64,000 bases of DNA. Origin: Octopus sinensis (lineage: Eukaryota). The notes beneath the pieces are model-generated. The model saw only the letters and a list, made by a program, of their open reading frames with translations. It ran no database searches and had not been told where the DNA came from. The translations under genes were made by a program, and so were the position numbers. The DNA is taken from NCBI RefSeq assembly GCF_006345805.1, contig NC_043014.1, positions 42,222,001-42,286,000 of the forward strand. Reading direction: 5' to 3'. Positions 60,923 to 64,000 of this stretch are shown here, piece by piece. Numbering within the stretch: position 1 is the first letter of the stretch; every line of letters begins with the position of its first letter.

Positions 60923-61314
60923 AAAAATTATCTATGCCATGCTATGTAAAAAACACTTGTGCTGGTGCCACCTGTGGGCTCCAGCAGAAAGTAATGGTGA
61001 ACATAGCTCACTCTTTCCTCCTGCATCTTGCAGCTCACCTGCAACGGACCGGCGTCCCATCCAGGTGGGGAACCTATATGCCAAGGAAACCGACCAGGAA
61101 ACCGGCCCTAATAAGTCATGTGTGGCTCGAGAAGGAACAAATAATTTTGTCAAGTGCTCCATTGGTTCTCCTCAGGTAGGATGACTGTTAAGGCATTTTA
61201 TTGGTCCCAGGTGAAAGACAAAGCTGACTTCAGAGGGACTGAAACTTAGAACTTAAGAGTCAGCAACTAAGCACCAGATAGCATTTTGTTTGCTGCTCTA
61301 TCGATTATATTTCA

Positions 61315-61975
61315 TCATCATCATCATCATCGTCGTTGTTTAACGTCTGCTTTCCATGCTGGCATGGGTTGGACGATTTTGACTGCAGACTGGCAAACTA
61401 GATGGCTGCACCAGGCTCCAATCTTGATCTGGCAGAGTTTCTACAGCTGGATGCCCTTCCTAGCGCCAACCACTCCAAGAGTGTAGTGGGTGCTTTTTAC
61501 ATGCCACTGGCACAGGGCCAGTCACGCGATACTGGCAACAACCTCACTCAAATCTTTTTACACACGCCACCGGCACAGGTGCCAGCAAGACGACACTGGT
61601 AACAATCATGCTTGAATGGTACCTTTTATGTGCCACCGGCACAGAAGCCAGTTAGCCACTCTGGCAACGATCACGCTCAGATGGTGCTCTTGGCACCCTA
61701 CTAGCGCTGGCACAAGCGCCAGTAAAGCAACGCTGATAACGATCACACTCGAATGGTGGCTTTTATGTGCCACCGGCACGGAAGCCAATTAGCCACTCTG
61801 GCAACGATCATGCTCAGATGGTGCTCTTGGCACCCTACTAGCACTGGCACAAGTGCCACTAAGGTGACGCTGGTAATGCTCACACTCGAATGGTGCCTTT
61901 TATGTGCCACTGGCAAAGAAGCCAGTTAGCCACTCTGTCAACGATCACACTCATATGGTGCTCTTTGCACCCTAC
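61315..61975 (-). mobile_element. RTE LINE 3' UTR fragment (~7 repeat units)
   Basis: (ATC)n, reverse-complemented terminus, ttttatgtgccaccggcac units. Confidence 0.85.
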
Positions 61976-62059
61976 TTTGGGGAAGATATAGCCAATTAAA
62001 CTGACCCCAGTACTTGATTGGTACTTGAAAGGCAACATTGATGACTTTGGCAGAGTGGA

Positions 62060-62588
62060 AGCACTCCATCGGTTACGACGACGAGGGTTCCGGTTGATCC
62101 GAATCAACGGAACAGCCTGCTCATGAAATTAACGTGTAAGTGGCTGAGCACTCCACAGACACGTGTACCTTTAACGTAGTTCTCGGGGATATTCAGCGTG
62201 ACACAGAGAGTGACAAGGCCGGCCCCTTGAAATACAGGTACAACAGAAACAGGAAGTAAGAGTGAGAGAAAGTTGTGGTGAAAGAGTACAGCAGGGATCA
62301 CCACCACCCCCTGCTGGAGCCTCGTGGAGCTTTTAGGTGTTTTCGCTCAATAAACACTCACAACGCTCGGTCTGGGAATCGAAACCATGATCCTATGACC
62401 GCAAGTACAACAGAAACAGGAAGTAAGAGTGAGAGAAAGTTGTGGTGAAAGAGTACAGCAGGGATCACCACCATCCCCTGCTGGAGCCTCGTGGAGCTTT
62501 TAGGTGTTTTCGCTCAATAAACACTCACAACGCCCGGTCTGGGAATCGAAACCGCGATCCTATGACCGCGAGTCCGCTGCCCTAACCA
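62060..62588 (-). mobile_element. SINE-C (C1) with internal ~165-bp tandem duplication
   Basis: tacaacagaaacaggaagtaagagtgagag at ~62240 and ~62406. Confidence 0.85.
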
Positions 62589-63529
62589 CTGGGCCATTGC
62601 GCCTCCACACTATGGCAGAATTAGAACACAGAACATAAAGAGTTTGGAACGGAACACCAACCACAGGGCATTTTGTATGGCACTCTACCGATTCTGTCAG
62701 TCCGAAAGCATTAATATTATGAGAGCTAAATGGTTAAGCCTTGTAAAAAAAAAGTCACGAGTTTCATGTAATCACGTTGTTTCCTTGCTAAACAATTGTT
62801 TGTGAATATTTCCTTCATTTAATCACAACAATGCAACATCGTTCCATGCCAAGTCATAATATTGTTAACTCTCCGAATCAATATATTTCAGGAGTTTTAC
62901 ATTTCTGTCAATCATTTCTGCCTAACTGCTGTTATGTTAGCAAATACCTCTAACTCAGACACACACACAAACACACACACACACACACATACTCACACAC
63001 ACACACGCAAACACACACATGCACGTATGCTCACACACACATAAATATATTCATACATACACATTTTTTTTTCTCTTCACAAACGTTCATGAATTTATAA
63101 TAAATTCTATATATATAAATATATACCCAGTTCAGATGTACAAAAACAAATATATACATACATTGACACAAATACAGATAAGTAAATATACCTGTAGTCA
63201 CATATATATACACATGTACACGGATATGAAATAAATTATATGTAAAAATCATACAGATAAAGAAGGAAAGGAAAACTTGATAAATGCACCCATTTATTTT
63301 TTATTTGCATACATCGCAAACCCAGCTGCTAACCATGAACTATAAAAGAACTTTTTTTTCAACTTACTGAACTTCAATGTGGTTAAAATTTACAACCTCC
63401 TATGTCAACAAACCACTATAGTTCCTGAATGTTTGTTTTTTATACATTCTCCAGACTGCTGCTCAAAGCTTACTGACTTCCTACACCTTGCTCCTTGGAT
63501 CTTACTTTTACATATTACTATATGTATAT

Positions 63530-64000
63530 ATCATCATGGCTCGGCTTCGCGAATGAAGATCAGGAAGGCTGTCCACGTCGCGTGCATGCACTCTCATTTC
63601 TAACAAGTCCAATATGGGAAAGGCAGGTCCGTGAGCAGTGTCCACAGATGAAGGTAACATCTGGTGTGGTGTCAGAGGTGGCTCACACCTTCCTCCTGTG
63701 TCTCTTGTCTTTAAGCGCGTCTCTTCTTTGTTCTTCAAACTCGCTGACTGCGTTGAAGATCATGTGGCACCAGACATCACGGTCCGTAACCAGCATTGGT
63801 GGTCAATATGACATGCTGTTAGAGACTTCTTGAAGCAGTCTTTGTAGCGCTTCCTTGGAGCTCCTCTCACACGGTGGCCGGTGGAGAGTTCACCAAACAG
63901 GGTAATCTTAGGAAGGCAATGGTTCTCCATTCTGGAGACATGCCTTGCCCATCGGTGGTGGGACTTCAGTAGCATGGCTTCAATGCTGGGGATCTCGGCC
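63530..64000 (-). pseudogene. RTE-1/BovB-type LINE ORF C-terminus and 3' end
   Basis: RWARHVSRMENHCLPKITLFGELSTGHRVRGAPRKRYKD; FICGHCSRTCLSHIGL zinc-finger motif; runs off the window. Confidence 0.9.

Noticed and set aside
1-64000. Most ORFs in the six-frame track (YI-, MYVC-, HT-, SL-, F/L-rich peptides)
   Set aside because: They are translations of (TA)n, (ATGT)n, (CA)n, (GA)n and (TTC)n repeats or of SINE/LINE UTRs, with no protein-like composition

Overview
Eukaryotic, AT-rich, repeat-saturated non-genic (intergenic or intronic) DNA. The tRNA-derived SINE families, RTE/CR1 LINEs and dense (TA)n/(ATGT)n/(GATA)n microsatellites point to a coleoid cephalopod, most likely Octopus (inferred by recognition, not by search). 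I found no supportable host exon, tRNA, rRNA or CRISPR array, and nearly all listed ORFs are microsatellite or SINE artefacts. Real coding remnants are a probably full-length, young CR1-superclade LINE (35167-39864), RTE LINE fragments, a Tc1 (DD34E) transposase abutting a Tigger/pogo right end, a Gypsy gag remnant and CR1 3' ends. The most unusual signals are: (1) a TA-flanked small element family carrying minimal hammerhead-ribozyme motifs with a non-canonical core (CUGUAGA/CUGCAGA); (2) the LINE ORF1 combining a Myb/SANT-like N-terminus with two CCCH fingers, inserted in an (ACAT)n tract with a diagnostic ~36-bp TSD; (3) SINE multimers with an identical junction, each inside a single TSD; (4) an ~85-bp TSD; (5) TA-flanked elements with direct terminal repeats, one relative of which seeded a 42-bp minisatellite; (6) several long hairpins and a two-domain satellite. 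Coordinates were read by eye and may be off by a few bases. SINE family names A/B/C/E/F are my working labels.
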